Of a DNA stretch of 64,000 nt, positions 49,016 to 59,419 are shown piece after piece (the stretch's first letter is position 1; each line of letters starts with the position of its first letter). The stretch lies in contig OZ220744.1 in NCBI GenBank assembly GCA_965116925.1, positions 960,001 through 1,024,000 on the forward strand. The letters are read 5' to 3'. The notes under the pieces are model-generated. The model saw nothing but the letters and a program-made list of their open reading frames with translations. It ran no database searches and was not told where the DNA came from. The position numbers and the translations under genes were made by a program. This DNA comes from Candidatus Poribacteria bacterium (GTDB taxonomy: Bacteria; Poribacteria; WGA-4E; PCPOR2b).

Positions 49016-50104
49016 ATGAAAGCTGCTGTTTTGTACGAATTAAACCAACCGGTTGTTGTCGAAGATATTGAAATGGAAGGTCCGAAGAAAGGTGAAGTCC
49101 TTGTCAAGGTCGCTGCAACAGGTGTCTGCCATAGCTGTTACCATGCAGTCACCGGCAAAATCCGCTATCCACTTCCAGCAGTATTAGGAGATGAGGGAGC
49201 GGGGGTTGTCGAGGAGGTCGGAGAAGGGGTCACTTTGGTGAAGCCGGGTGACCACGTAATTCTGTCGTGGGTGCCCTCTTGTGGATATTGCATCTACTGT
49301 ACACAAGGTTATTCCAATCTCTGCCTGAAAGCGAGGCAGAGTGAACGTGGCCGTCTCTTTGACGGCACAACACGGTACAAAAAGGCTGGGGAACCTATCC
49401 ACCATTTTGCGTGGGTCGCTTCGTTTGCCGAATATACCGTAATTCCCCAGGAGTCTGCTATACCGATTGACAAAGAGATTCCTTTAGACAAAGCTGCTCT
49501 CATCGGATGTAGTGTCACGACAGGGGTTTGCGCCGCAACCAATACCGCTGAGGTGCGTCCGGGGAGCAGCGTCGTGGTATTCGGCGCAGGCGGCATCGGC
49601 TTGAATGCTATTCAAGGGGCGGCAATAGCAGGTGCGGAAAAGGTTATTGCGGTAGACCTATTGGATGCAAAGCTGGAAATGGCGAGGCAGCTTGGTGCGA
49701 CCCACACCATCAACGCTAGCAACCGCGATCCGATTCCAGAGATCCAATCTCTGACGGATGGATTGGGAACAGATTTTGCCATTGAAGCGATTGGGGTAAA
49801 CGTGACATTCGAGCAGGCGATACGTGCCCTACGGCCTCGTGGGAAAGCGGTCTGGATCGGTGTTCCACCTCAAGAACCGCTGTCTTTGGAGCCTGGTATA
49901 CTTGGGGGTGAAAAAATGGTGATGACGAGTACCTACGGCTCTGCACGTCCCCGCGATGACATGCCCCGTCTGCTGGCACTTTGCCGCGCTGGTGTCCTCA
50001 AGTTGGATGAACTGATTAGCCGCACCTACCAATTGGAAGAGATCAACGAGGCGTTCGAGGATCTACTCAATGGGGAGGTCGCTCGCGGGGTGATTCAGTT
50101 TTGA
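49016..50104 (+). CDS. Zn-dependent alcohol dehydrogenase (class III-like)
   Basis: GVCHS, structural Zn CGYC..C......C, GCSVTTG, GAGGIG. Confidence 0.92.
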   Translation: MKAAVLYELNQPVVVEDIEMEGPKKGEVLVKVAATGVCHSCYHAVTGKIRYPLPAVLGDEGAGVVEEVGEGVTLVKPGDHVILSWVPSCGYCIYCTQGYSNLCLKARQSERGRLFDGTTRYKKAGEPIHHFAWVASFAEYTVIPQESAIPIDKEIPLDKAALIGCSVTTGVCAATNTAEVRPGSSVVVFGAGGIGLNAIQGAAIAGAEKVIAVDLLDAKLEMARQLGATHTINASNRDPIPEIQSLTDGLGTDFAIEAIGVNVTFEQAIRALRPRGKAVWIGVPPQEPLSLEPGILGGEKMVMTSTYGSARPRDDMPRLLALCRAGVLKLDELISRTYQLEEINEAFEDLLNGEVARGVIQF

Positions 50105-50119
50105 TGTCGCAGATAAGTT

Positions 50120-50147
50120 GTAGGGAACAATGATTATTGTTCCCTAC
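50120..50147. repeat. GTAG REP palindrome variant
   Basis: GTAGGGAACAAT-GATT-ATTGTTCCCTAC. Confidence 0.8.
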
Positions 50148-50216
50148 GATAATCCTCACCGGGGCATAGAAGGAAGCCTAATTCTTAGGGAACGGAGTTC
50201 TCCGTTCTATTTATTC

Positions 50217-50321
50217 TGTAGATCTTAGAATTAATGAGACACTCCAAATCGGCGCAGTTGGAAACAGCGCCTACCAAACATGGGTGGCGAAAGTGTCTAT
50301 TTATGTTTAGAAGTCACCATA
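50217..50321. mobile_element. MITE family C (degenerate left end)
   Basis: TTAGAATTAATGAGACACTCCAAATCGGCGCAGTTGGAAACAGCGCCTACC is the reverse complement of the 39011 copy. Confidence 0.8.
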
Positions 50322-50336
50322 ATTCCTATTTCTTTA

Positions 50337-51500
50337 TCATACAGCGACACTTTCCAGCCAATCCCTACTAACCTCAATTCCAAATCCCGGCGCATCGTTA
50401 GGTACAAGATGGCCGTCCTTGATCACAGCCGTTCCGGGGATAGCGACCATCTCTTCAGGCGGCACGCCCGGTGGCGAGACACCCTCGGAGCGTTCGCCCC
50501 ACGAGATGGCGGGCATTGCAAAGGCGAGATGTTGTCCGTAGGGATAGTTCATGCCGCCGTGGGTGATCACCGAGATGCCCGCGGCTTCGGCGAGGTGGCA
50601 AATCCGAACGCACGACGTGATTCCGCCCGCCCACAGCACATCCGGTTGGAAGATATCCACGAGGCGCTGACCGGCAGCCGTTGAAAAGGGTAATGGCATA
50701 TACCAATGTTCGCCGGTAGCGAGTGTCTGCCAAGGCAATCGCCGACGCACCTCAGCGAACCCTTCAAAATCTTCCGGTATCAGATAATCTTCTAGCCATT
50801 TGAGGCGGTACGGTCTCAGCAGTTCAGCGAGCCGGACAGTATACTCCACATCCAGGGACAGCCAGCAGTCCAACATTAGTTCGACATCATCCCCGATCAG
50901 TTCTCGCGTTCTGGCTACTTCTGCCTCATTTTTATTGAGCCCCTCCAACCCGTCGGCGGGTCCATAGGGCAGTGGGAGTTTGGTCGCCTTGAACCCCAAC
51001 TCCATGTACCACTCGGTCTCGAATCCTGTAGAGTAACAGAAGATGCTTTCCTTTTGAGGTCCGCCAAGAAGTTCATAGACCGGGCGGTTCAATAGCTTGC
51101 CCTTCAAATCCCATAGGGCAAGGTCAACAGCACTGATAGCATAGCTTGCGATTCCAGTGCTACCGTAAGGGGTAGCCATCCGGAACATCATGTCAAACAC
51201 CTTCTCCGTTGCCATGCAATTTTCGCCCACAAGGTGTCGAGCGAAATGGTCGTTGATGACTTTGACCACCGGTCCCCCGTTAATCGTGACGCCTACGCCA
51301 AAGGTGCCATCTTCCGCGGTGATTACGCAGCCCACTCGATTCCAGCTAGCTCCCGACGATGACCGTCGCGTTCTGTAAGCGGGATAACGCGCCATTGGAC
51401 TTGGTGAATCGGGGCGGTCTGGTGGCGGTAAACTCCGCGGCTTGGTTTTGGGTGTGGGAGTGATGTTGATCTCGGCTGCTTTGATTTCCTTAATTTTCAT
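50337..51500 (-). CDS. L-rhamnonate dehydratase (RhmD)-like enzyme
   Basis: SPMARYP.Y, AISAVDLALWDL.GK, KLPLPYGP.DG..GL, LMLDCW.SL, TGEH. Confidence 0.85.
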   Translation of the reverse strand: MKIKEIKAAEINITPTPKTKPRSLPPPDRPDSPSPMARYPAYRTRRSSSGASWNRVGCVITAEDGTFGVGVTINGGPVVKVINDHFARHLVGENCMATEKVFDMMFRMATPYGSTGIASYAISAVDLALWDLKGKLLNRPVYELLGGPQKESIFCYSTGFETEWYMELGFKATKLPLPYGPADGLEGLNKNEAEVARTRELIGDDVELMLDCWLSLDVEYTVRLAELLRPYRLKWLEDYLIPEDFEGFAEVRRRLPWQTLATGEHWYMPLPFSTAAGQRLVDIFQPDVLWAGGITSCVRICHLAEAAGISVITHGGMNYPYGQHLAFAMPAISWGERSEGVSPPGVPPEEMVAIPGTAVIKDGHLVPNDAPGFGIEVSRDWLESVAV

Positions 51501-51614
51501 CTGGTCGTTGCCTCCATTGATAACCTTTGGTGTAAGTCAGTGCGGATGTCATTTCTGCAGCCCTCAAGAGTCCAAGAATTCATTGGATCTGTGAAGCCAA
51601 ATTGTGTTCACGTT

Positions 51615-52673
51615 TCACTCATTACCCCAGGGATATGATTCAACGCGGAATGACCGGTCGGCGAGTGGCAAATCAACCCTAGCCCCGCCTCGCATTGAGG
51701 AACCGTGGATAGCGAAACCTATCTCCGTTGCACGGCGCGCGTGGTCAATGTCACAGGCAGTTCGTCCACCCGTTTGTACTGCCTGCACCAAGTCGTTCAC
51801 CATCGCTGTGCCAGCGGGCCACGGTTCGGTTTCCTCCGGGAGATCTAATGGACGTAATCCCGCTCCAGATGGATCGTCCGCTGCCCAGATGTAGCTCTCA
51901 TTGGCATCGTCAAGGAGAAATAGACGCCCGTTCTCGCCCGCGACTTCAAAGGTCAAGCCTGCGTTTTCGTGGCGACCATTTGGCGTGACGTAAAGCACCG
52001 CTCCATTTGCCAGACCGATCTGTGCATTGCCGACCGGATCCATACGTCGGCGCGAATCGGGCGGTTCCGCTGAAACGTCGTCCACCAAGCCACTGACCCA
52101 CACCGGCTCGGCATCACCCGCTAAACCCAAGATCGCATCGTAAGAATGGCATCCATGATTAATCAAATTAGACAGTGCATAGGCGGTGGCACTTGTGACC
52201 TCCCCGATTATCCCATCGGCAACGAGCTCGCGTAGCGCGCAATAACGGGGCATCCAGCGACGATCCAACGCTAGAAGCAGCGGCACCTCTTGGCATGCGG
52301 CAACGATACGATCCAGTTCCGATAGACTAGTAGCAAGGGGTTTGTCACAGAGGATACCGCGCACCCCGGCTTGGACAGCTAACTCAATCTGATCTGCGTG
52401 CATCGTTTGGCGTGTGGCAAGACACAGTAGGTCCGGTTGGATTTCTCCAAGCATCTGCCCGTAGTCGTGATAGGTCGGAACGTCGCCCCATACCTCCCGC
52501 CAACAATCTGCGAATTCTGTCCGGGTTTCTGCGCCGAGATCAAACACCGCTGCCACATCCGTCTCTAGCACAGCGTGAAACGCAGCCGCAAAGTTGTGAC
52601 TGCCTGGGGTCCGGTGCGTCATGCGATGGCATCCGGCAACTGCGACACGCAATTTCTCTTGGCTTTGTCCCAT
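51615..52673 (-). CDS. Gfo/Idh/MocA family oxidoreductase
   Basis: VAVAGC, CDKPLA, RRW, INHGCH. Confidence 0.85.
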   Translation of the reverse strand: MGQSQEKLRVAVAGCHRMTHRTPGSHNFAAAFHAVLETDVAAVFDLGAETRTEFADCWREVWGDVPTYHDYGQMLGEIQPDLLCLATRQTMHADQIELAVQAGVRGILCDKPLATSLSELDRIVAACQEVPLLLALDRRWMPRYCALRELVADGIIGEVTSATAYALSNLINHGCHSYDAILGLAGDAEPVWVSGLVDDVSAEPPDSRRRMDPVGNAQIGLANGAVLYVTPNGRHENAGLTFEVAGENGRLFLLDDANESYIWAADDPSGAGLRPLDLPEETEPWPAGTAMVNDLVQAVQTGGRTACDIDHARRATEIGFAIHGSSMRGGARVDLPLADRSFRVESYPWGNE

Positions 52674-52698
52674 TGTTTCTCTCCTCATTTTTAGCTAT

Positions 52699-52863
52699 TA
52701 TAGTGGATTTTAGAATTAATGAGACACTCCAAACCGGTGCGGTTGCAAACCGCACCTACCGTTCTCCTGTTTGGTAGGCGCTGTTTCTAACTGCGCCGTT
52801 TCAACCCACACTACGGCACCTACCGGGGGTGAAAATGTCTATTTATTTTTAGAATTCACTATA
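52699..52863. mobile_element. MITE family C (165 bp) with two REP hairpins
   Basis: TATAGTGGATT ... AATTCACTATA ends; internal GGTGCGGTT-GCA-AACCGCACCTAC and GTAGGCGC hairpins. Confidence 0.85.
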
Positions 52864-52880
52864 GTTGAGATTCATCTGTT

Positions 52881-53924
52881 CTACCACGAAAATCCAGCAC
52901 CTTCCGGCGCAAGGAAACAGCCGTCAACGAAATGGTCCCGTTCCTCATCGGTCAATAACCCCGTTTCCAGATACAGCGTATTGGGCAGGGCACACAGGAT
53001 ATTCAGGTTTATCAGGCCTCCACCATGCGTACAGCACGGTATGCCAAACGCCGCTGCCAACAGACCGGTGGCGACACATTCGGAGAAACCACCCAAGCGA
53101 GCGAGATCGACCTGTACAATGTCTATTCCCCGACGGACCAAGAGTTCCTTAAACTCTTCCTTCCCATAAAGGTTTTCGCCGGTAGCAATGGGCATGGCAA
53201 GCCCATGTGCGAGTTCGGCATAGTCATCATAGTTGTGGGCGGGCAGCGGTTCCTCAAGCCAGAAGACACCCATCTCTTGAAAAACCTGTCCGCGACGTAA
53301 CGCTTCATATACCGTGAGTGTCTGGTTGGCGTCCACCATAATCGTGACCTCCGAACCAATCTCCGCCCGAATCGTTTCTAGCCGTTGAATGTCCTCCTCC
53401 AGCGTCGGGGAACCGACCTTGACCTTCACAGCCTTAAATCCCTGTTCGGCGGATTTAGCGCAGACCTCCTTGAGTTCATCGAGATCTAAGTGCATCCAAC
53501 CGACCATCGTATAGGCGGGCACACGGTCTTTCGCTTGGCCCACAAGGCGGTGTGCAGGTTGTCCTGTCTCCTGTCCAAAAATGTCCCAGAGGGCGACATT
53601 CACGGCTGTGAGGGCATACATCGTCATACCGTGGATAGCGTGTTCTTCCAGTGCCCACTTCAGATCTTCGTGGATCAGTCGAATAGCGAGCGGATCCCGT
53701 CCCACAAGCAGCGGCGCGACCTCCTCATCAAGCATAGTCTGGAGCGTATGGTTAGCACCCCGAATCGAGGAAAAGCCAACCGATGAACTGCCGACGAGAC
53801 CTGTATCGGTGTGAACTTTGACATAAACACGTCCCGGATGTCTATTGGCACGGAGCGCGTCGGTGATTGGACGCTCCGGCGGTGGGGCGATATACAATTC
53901 GGTTTCAAGCTGATTGATTTTCAT
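52881..53924 (-). CDS. Mandelate racemase family enzyme
   Basis: KVKVG, MVDAN, WLEEP, TGEN, TH. Confidence 0.9.
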   Translation of the reverse strand: MKINQLETELYIAPPPERPITDALRANRHPGRVYVKVHTDTGLVGSSSVGFSSIRGANHTLQTMLDEEVAPLLVGRDPLAIRLIHEDLKWALEEHAIHGMTMYALTAVNVALWDIFGQETGQPAHRLVGQAKDRVPAYTMVGWMHLDLDELKEVCAKSAEQGFKAVKVKVGSPTLEEDIQRLETIRAEIGSEVTIMVDANQTLTVYEALRRGQVFQEMGVFWLEEPLPAHNYDDYAELAHGLAMPIATGENLYGKEEFKELLVRRGIDIVQVDLARLGGFSECVATGLLAAAFGIPCCTHGGGLINLNILCALPNTLYLETGLLTDEERDHFVDGCFLAPEGAGFSW

Positions 53925-53996
53925 TTTTGTCCTCGTCGCGCGGCACTAGCAGGATTTGCGTCAAATTTTCAAATGAATCAATGTGCCAAAAAGGTT

Positions 53997-54788
53997 CTAC
54001 GCCAAAATATCGCTCACAAACTTCAACGTTGCTTTGGTGTTTCTGTTGATCTCATCCACTGTTGTTCCACCAACGCATTCGACATATAAGGGTCCCTCAA
54101 AACCACCACTGACAAGCCCATTAAGGACCGTCTCAAAATCCACTAGCCCTTCGCCCGGTGTGACCATCACATCCGGCACACCATCTTCGACGACACAATC
54201 CTTGATAATCGTTGTCGTCACTTTCGGTGCAGCAGTCGCCACGTCGGTTTCGGGGCGAAGATCGCCTTTGGTGTAATAGATGATATTGCCAGGATCGTAG
54301 CAGATCCCAAAAGCAGAATGATTTACTTTTTTATCAGCGTCAATGAGATCTTGGACTGTAAGGCTGATGCCACCGTGTGGTTTCATGGTAATGTTCACAC
54401 CCATTTCTCCTGCATGTGGCGCAGCCTGACGCATTAGTTCAAAGTAGTCGGTATAGTGTGCCTCGTTTCCCGTGCCACAATCTAGCAACCACTTCGTGCC
54501 GAGCGCAGCGGTATTATCGATGAGTCGTTTATAGTCATCAATGGCGGCTTCCAAACCGAGATTCAATTTCGTACTACCGATTAGCATTGAAGGGGTCAAG
54601 CCAGCAGCGGCTGCGGTTTTACGGGTTTCTGCGATTTCCGCATCCGTGCTATCCGCCTGAACAGGAATCTGACCGGCGTTCGCGAATACCGCAACATCGG
54701 TATACCCAGCAGCCGCGATATGCTCACACGCTTCGGCAAATGTGAGTGAGCCGTAAGGACGGGTCGTGCAGCCTATTGTATGTTTCAT
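53997..54788 (-). CDS. Sugar phosphate isomerase/epimerase (xylose isomerase-like TIM barrel)
   Basis: KPHGG, YDPGN, IKD, GEG.VDF, VEC. Confidence 0.85.
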   Translation of the reverse strand: MKHTIGCTTRPYGSLTFAEACEHIAAAGYTDVAVFANAGQIPVQADSTDAEIAETRKTAAAAGLTPSMLIGSTKLNLGLEAAIDDYKRLIDNTAALGTKWLLDCGTGNEAHYTDYFELMRQAAPHAGEMGVNITMKPHGGISLTVQDLIDADKKVNHSAFGICYDPGNIIYYTKGDLRPETDVATAAPKVTTTIIKDCVVEDGVPDVMVTPGEGLVDFETVLNGLVSGGFEGPLYVECVGGTTVDEINRNTKATLKFVSDILA

Positions 54789-54870
54789 AAGAGTTATCCT
54801 TTCAAACACTGAATATTTTTATATTTATCTGAGGATTTAACGGAGGTTTGGCAGAAGTTGCCCCAGTCAT

Positions 54871-57117
54871 TCAACCCTTCGAGGGAGGCGGTATGTTTGC
54901 GGAAGTAGGGGTAGGGTTCGAGTAAAGCTGTTGATAGATAATATAGCTGTCAATAACCTTTTTGATGTGACGGCGTGTTTGGTCTATCCCAATATCTTCG
55001 ATGAATTCATCTAGATCCGGGATCTGCTTTGCCTTTACCCATCGCCGCATCCGACCGGGACCGCCGTTGTACGCGCCTGCGACCAGTGCGTGATCGTTGT
55101 CAAACTGATTCATCAAACTTTTCATGTACCATGACCCCATCTGAATGTTAATATCAGGATCATACAGCATCTTTGTGTTGAATCGAGGAATTTTAAGACG
55201 GCTGGCAAACTCGGGGCCATTCGCGGGCATGATCTGCATCAGTCCTATCGCACCGGCGTAGGAAACAGCATCGGCGTTATACCTGCTTTCTTCGCGAATC
55301 ATAGCGGCGACAAACAACGGGTCAATTTCGTATTTTGTGGTATGTTTTTGAAGGAGGTCCGTGTAGTAAAGTGGATAGAGGAGTCGATAAAGTTCTACCG
55401 GTATAGCGTTGTTTTTACCACGCAGGGGTTGAAATCTTGATAACCTGTCTGCATATCCGTGCGCCTGTTGAAACTTCTTAAGTTTTTCAAGGCATAAAAT
55501 AAGGTTATAGTAGTTATCTCGAAGATTCGAGTTGTCGCGCTTGACGAGTCCTTTCAGTTCAATCAAGGCGTCCTCAAAAAGTTTGAGACGCATCAACTGT
55601 TGGACGCTAGCCGTTTTCTTAGATCCGATGTTTTTCCAGGCAGGGCTGTTCAAAGTAACATGGACCCGAGGGGGTGCCAGGATTTCCGGTTTGATGGGAG
55701 TATCAATTTTTGATTGGAGACGTTTAAGGTGTTCTTTTGCACGTCCGCTGTAATACCAGTGACCTGCCTTCACGATTTCGCTATATACTACCTCCGCTTC
55801 CTTTAACCGATTTTGACGTTCATAGGTTTTTGCTATCCAGAAGCGCGCCGCTTTAGCCCAACTATCGTGTGGAAACCCCTTTTGCAAAGTTGTGAAGGTT
55901 TCAATGCACTCTGTGTATCGTTCGTTCCTGAATTGGATCCAGCCGATCCGCCAGTATGCTCGCGGTAGCCAGCTGCTGTTGGTGTATTGGGTCGTCAAAC
56001 GACGGTAGGAAGCGAGGGCTTTGTCATACTGTTTCTCGTTTTCCTGCACCCACCCGAGATCATATAACGCATCGTCCGCTAATGCACTCCAGTTGTATTT
56101 TTCAATGAAGGCAATCAAATGCTTTTCAGCCAGTTGTGGTTGTCCCTTGCGCCGATAGCAAAGCGTCGACTGATAGAGTGCACGAGTGAGATAGCCACTC
56201 GCTGGGTAGAGAGCAACAACTTTGCCGTACTCCTTAAGTGCCAAATCATATTTGCGCTGGCGGTGGTATGCGCGACCGATATAGTAGGTGGCACGTGCGG
56301 TAATTTTGTCTTTATGGCCCGCAGCAGTTTTGCGAAGTGCCGAGCGTGCACTCGTCAACTGACCACGATTGAATCGCACCATGGCGTGGGTCATGCGTTG
56401 ATTACGGGTAATCTGGAGTTCTGGACGGCGTGCAACTAATTTTTGAAGGGCGTTTGCCGAACTTAGTGCGATAGTGTCTGCGTTGTTTGCATGAATAAGC
56501 TGTTGATAGGTGTCTTGGGCTTGCTTCCAGTTTCCTAACTTTTCATAAGTCTTTGCAGCCTCATAGGTCGCTCTTCTGGCATAACTGTTTTTTGCATCAG
56601 CGATAAGCCCTAAAAAGCCTTTGAGTGCCGTGGCGTAATTACCTGCGTCATACTGGGCTTTGGCGAGTTGGTATTTCGCGCCAGCAAAATGAAAGCTCTG
56701 CGGATGTTCATCGATCAACCGTTGATACCAGATGATAGCGTTCTGATTGTCTTTCATCTGTCCGTATGACTTTGCCAGATGGTGGATGACATAATCTGCC
56801 AAGGGATATGTTGCAGAAAGCGCGAACTTATAATGTTCAATAGCTCTTGTCCATTTCTTGCCCTTTTCGTAACAGTAAGCGAGCACATGATGGATTGCCT
56901 GTTTCTCTGGATGGGTTGGATGTGTTTTGAGTAACTTTTCTAAACTTCGAGCGGCTTGAGTATAGCTTCTCTGATCGACAAGGATAAGCACCTCCTCAAA
57001 AGAGGGCTCTGCAAACACCTGCGGAATCATACAAGCAGCAAGAGCAATAGGGAGTAAATAACAGTACACTGTTTTCTTGAACATATCGGGACGGCAGTCA
57101 GGAACGAGATCTATCAA
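54871..57117 (-). CDS. Soluble lytic murein transglycosylase with TPR repeats
   Basis: TPR/YfiO-like repeats; SLT motifs IREES, GAIGLMQ, AYNGG. Confidence 0.92.
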   Translation of the reverse strand: MIDLVPDCRPDMFKKTVYCYLLPIALAACMIPQVFAEPSFEEVLILVDQRSYTQAARSLEKLLKTHPTHPEKQAIHHVLAYCYEKGKKWTRAIEHYKFALSATYPLADYVIHHLAKSYGQMKDNQNAIIWYQRLIDEHPQSFHFAGAKYQLAKAQYDAGNYATALKGFLGLIADAKNSYARRATYEAAKTYEKLGNWKQAQDTYQQLIHANNADTIALSSANALQKLVARRPELQITRNQRMTHAMVRFNRGQLTSARSALRKTAAGHKDKITARATYYIGRAYHRQRKYDLALKEYGKVVALYPASGYLTRALYQSTLCYRRKGQPQLAEKHLIAFIEKYNWSALADDALYDLGWVQENEKQYDKALASYRRLTTQYTNSSWLPRAYWRIGWIQFRNERYTECIETFTTLQKGFPHDSWAKAARFWIAKTYERQNRLKEAEVVYSEIVKAGHWYYSGRAKEHLKRLQSKIDTPIKPEILAPPRVHVTLNSPAWKNIGSKKTASVQQLMRLKLFEDALIELKGLVKRDNSNLRDNYYNLILCLEKLKKFQQAHGYADRLSRFQPLRGKNNAIPVELYRLLYPLYYTDLLQKHTTKYEIDPLFVAAMIREESRYNADAVSYAGAIGLMQIMPANGPEFASRLKIPRFNTKMLYDPDINIQMGSWYMKSLMNQFDNDHALVAGAYNGGPGRMRRWVKAKQIPDLDEFIEDIGIDQTRRHIKKVIDSYIIYQQLYSNPTPTSANIPPPSKG

Positions 57118-57152
57118 CTCATCCTTAAACCGAATTACCTCCTTTATATCTT

Positions 57153-57243
57153 AGCTCATATTAAGATTTAGTGCAAAGAAACCGAGTTTTTTCTTGAAAA
57201 CTCGGTTTCTCTTCGTGCTTTGCACTTTCTTTTTACATGAGCC
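57153..57243. mobile_element. MITE family B (91 bp)
   Basis: AGCTCATA ... CATGAGCC ends with 8-bp direct repeat TATATCTT on both sides. Confidence 0.85.
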
Positions 57244-57360
57244 TATATCTTTAAGCCATTTCTTTAATCCGACGGGTAGTTTCCTGAGGAACGCTGTTAC
57301 AACTAGAGTCGAGCGTGTTGCTGATAGAGGATTGACTCACTTTTTTGGGTATCGCTGTTT

Positions 57361-59082
57361 TTATCGGGTTGGCAATCCGCGATAAATCAAGCCGCCCGCG
57401 ATTAGCGCAATCAGCAAAAAAAGGACGCCAGAACCGTAAAATCCCAATAGCAATTTGCCGAATCCAAACAGTGTGCAATAGACGAATGCCGAACCTAACA
57501 CCCAATTGAGCAGTGCTGGCATACTGCTCTCTCCAATTGGTTGGACATTTGCAAGGCTAGGGATGCGTCCCCACCAGCCACCATTCGGTCGGACGCGTTG
57601 ATAGAACGCGATTAACCTCTCTTCTGAAACAGGGGAGGTTACTAGAGTTGCGACGAACCAAATAAGTGTCGAGGTCGGAACGATGATTAACATCTGATAC
57701 GCGAAGTTATCTTTTGTTTGAGGCAAGGTGAACACAATTGTTGACACAACTGCGGAGGTAACCATCGCAGCAATCTCCGACCACGCATTAATCCGCCACC
57801 AGTACCACCGCAAAATCTGCACGAGTCCAATTCCAGCGTTGAGGGCAATCAGGAATTTCCACGCTCCCGCGATTGAATCCATGAATAAGCTAGTCACCCC
57901 TGCAAGGAGCATAATCAGTACAACCGAGATCCGAGAAGCAACCACGTAATGACGGTCGTCAGCCTCTGGTTTGAAAAAGCGTTTGTAGAAATCGTTGACG
58001 AGATAAGAGGCTCCCCAATTTAGGTGAGTGTCAATCGTTGACATAAACGCTGCAAGAAACGCTGTCAGCATAAGACCAAGCAATCCGGTCGGCAGATACT
58101 CGAGCATCAACTTCGGATAACCCGCTTCCGGATCGCTAAGGTTTGGGTAAACAACCATTGACACAAGAGCAACCAGAATCCAGGGCCAAGGGCGCAACGT
58201 ATAGTGTGCGATATTGAACCATAGCGTAGCAAGCAATGTATTCCGTTCGTCTTTCGCTGCAAACATCCGTTGAGCGATATAGCCGCCGCCATCCACTCCG
58301 TTTGCCGCCCACCACTGAACGCCGAGGTAAACGCCGAAGGTCAATATCGCCATCTCGCCGGCACCAAAATCCGGAAAGAAGTGTAGAATCGAGTGGTCCG
58401 CCCCATGCATCTCCGACAGCTTGGTTTTCAGGGTCCCTATACCCCCAATCTTGACAACAGCGATAACTGCTAACGCAATCGATCCAATCATCGCCATGCC
58501 GAATTGGACCAAGTCCGTTATGACAACCCCCCAAAATCCTGACAGCGCACAGTAAATACCCGCAATTAACATGCACGCTAGGACGACAAGCACTTTCGAT
58601 GTTCCGGTGTCGGGCAGATTAAAGGTCAACACGATAATCTTCTGCATCGCCAAGATCACCCAGCCCATTGTGATACAATTAATTGGCAATCCAATGTAGA
58701 GGGCGCGAAAGCCACGCAACAAGCTAGCTGATCTGCCTGCATAACGTAATTCCGTTAATTCAACGTCGGTGATAACCTCCGCTCGTCGCCAGAGTCGGGA
58801 GAACAGGAACGTCGCTAACATTCCGCTCAAGACCATGTTCCACCATAGCCAATTTCCTGCAATGCCATCCTTAGCAACGAGCCCTGTGACTGCTAACGGT
58901 GTATCTGCGGCAAAAGTCGTTGCGACCATTGATGTGCCTGCGAGCCACCACGGTAAGTTTCTACCAGAAACGAAAAATTCGTTAATATCCCTCCCTGCCC
59001 GTTTAGAATAGTAGATACCGAGTCCAAGTGCAAAAACGATATAACTAATGATGATTACGCCGTCAATAGGTGAAAGTTTCAT
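57361..59082 (-). CDS. Sodium:solute symporter (SSS) family transporter
   Basis: FFVSGRNLPWW, GV..TD..QF, QRMFAAK, AAFMSTID, multiple TMs. Confidence 0.93.
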   Translation of the reverse strand: MKLSPIDGVIIISYIVFALGLGIYYSKRAGRDINEFFVSGRNLPWWLAGTSMVATTFAADTPLAVTGLVAKDGIAGNWLWWNMVLSGMLATFLFSRLWRRAEVITDVELTELRYAGRSASLLRGFRALYIGLPINCITMGWVILAMQKIIVLTFNLPDTGTSKVLVVLACMLIAGIYCALSGFWGVVITDLVQFGMAMIGSIALAVIAVVKIGGIGTLKTKLSEMHGADHSILHFFPDFGAGEMAILTFGVYLGVQWWAANGVDGGGYIAQRMFAAKDERNTLLATLWFNIAHYTLRPWPWILVALVSMVVYPNLSDPEAGYPKLMLEYLPTGLLGLMLTAFLAAFMSTIDTHLNWGASYLVNDFYKRFFKPEADDRHYVVASRISVVLIMLLAGVTSLFMDSIAGAWKFLIALNAGIGLVQILRWYWWRINAWSEIAAMVTSAVVSTIVFTLPQTKDNFAYQMLIIVPTSTLIWFVATLVTSPVSEERLIAFYQRVRPNGGWWGRIPSLANVQPIGESSMPALLNWVLGSAFVYCTLFGFGKLLLGFYGSGVLFLLIALIAGGLIYRGLPTR

Positions 59083-59307
59083 CTAAACTCAATCTCCTTA
59101 TTGTGTTTGTACGCTGAGGGTATACTTGTACGATTGATTCAGTATTTTGAAAGCTGTATATCTTAGGGAAGATTGGAAATCGCAGGAGAGCTCGGTTATC
59201 TTATCATGGAGCATATCCCAAATCAAGCGAAATGAGAGGCAAATTTTTGCTGCAAATAAAAAAAATAAAAGGCGAGGAAATTTGCCTCTTGGGGATCTCG
59301 GTTTTGC

Positions 59308-59336
59308 TTGCCACCCATCTGCAAATCTGCTAAAAT
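59308..59336 (+). promoter_or_regulatory. Sigma-70 promoter with extended -10
   Basis: TTGCCA-17 bp-TAAAAT with TGn. Confidence 0.5.
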
Positions 59337-59419
59337 GAATTTCTAAACCGTCGGATTTTGAAGGCTATTTCTGACACTCTCAAGCATTTATACTTGGGAG
59401 TATGTCACGGGAGATTCGT

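Noticed and set aside
50129..50141. Fur-box-like AATGATTATT
   Set aside because: It is the loop region of a REP between convergent gene ends, not a promoter.
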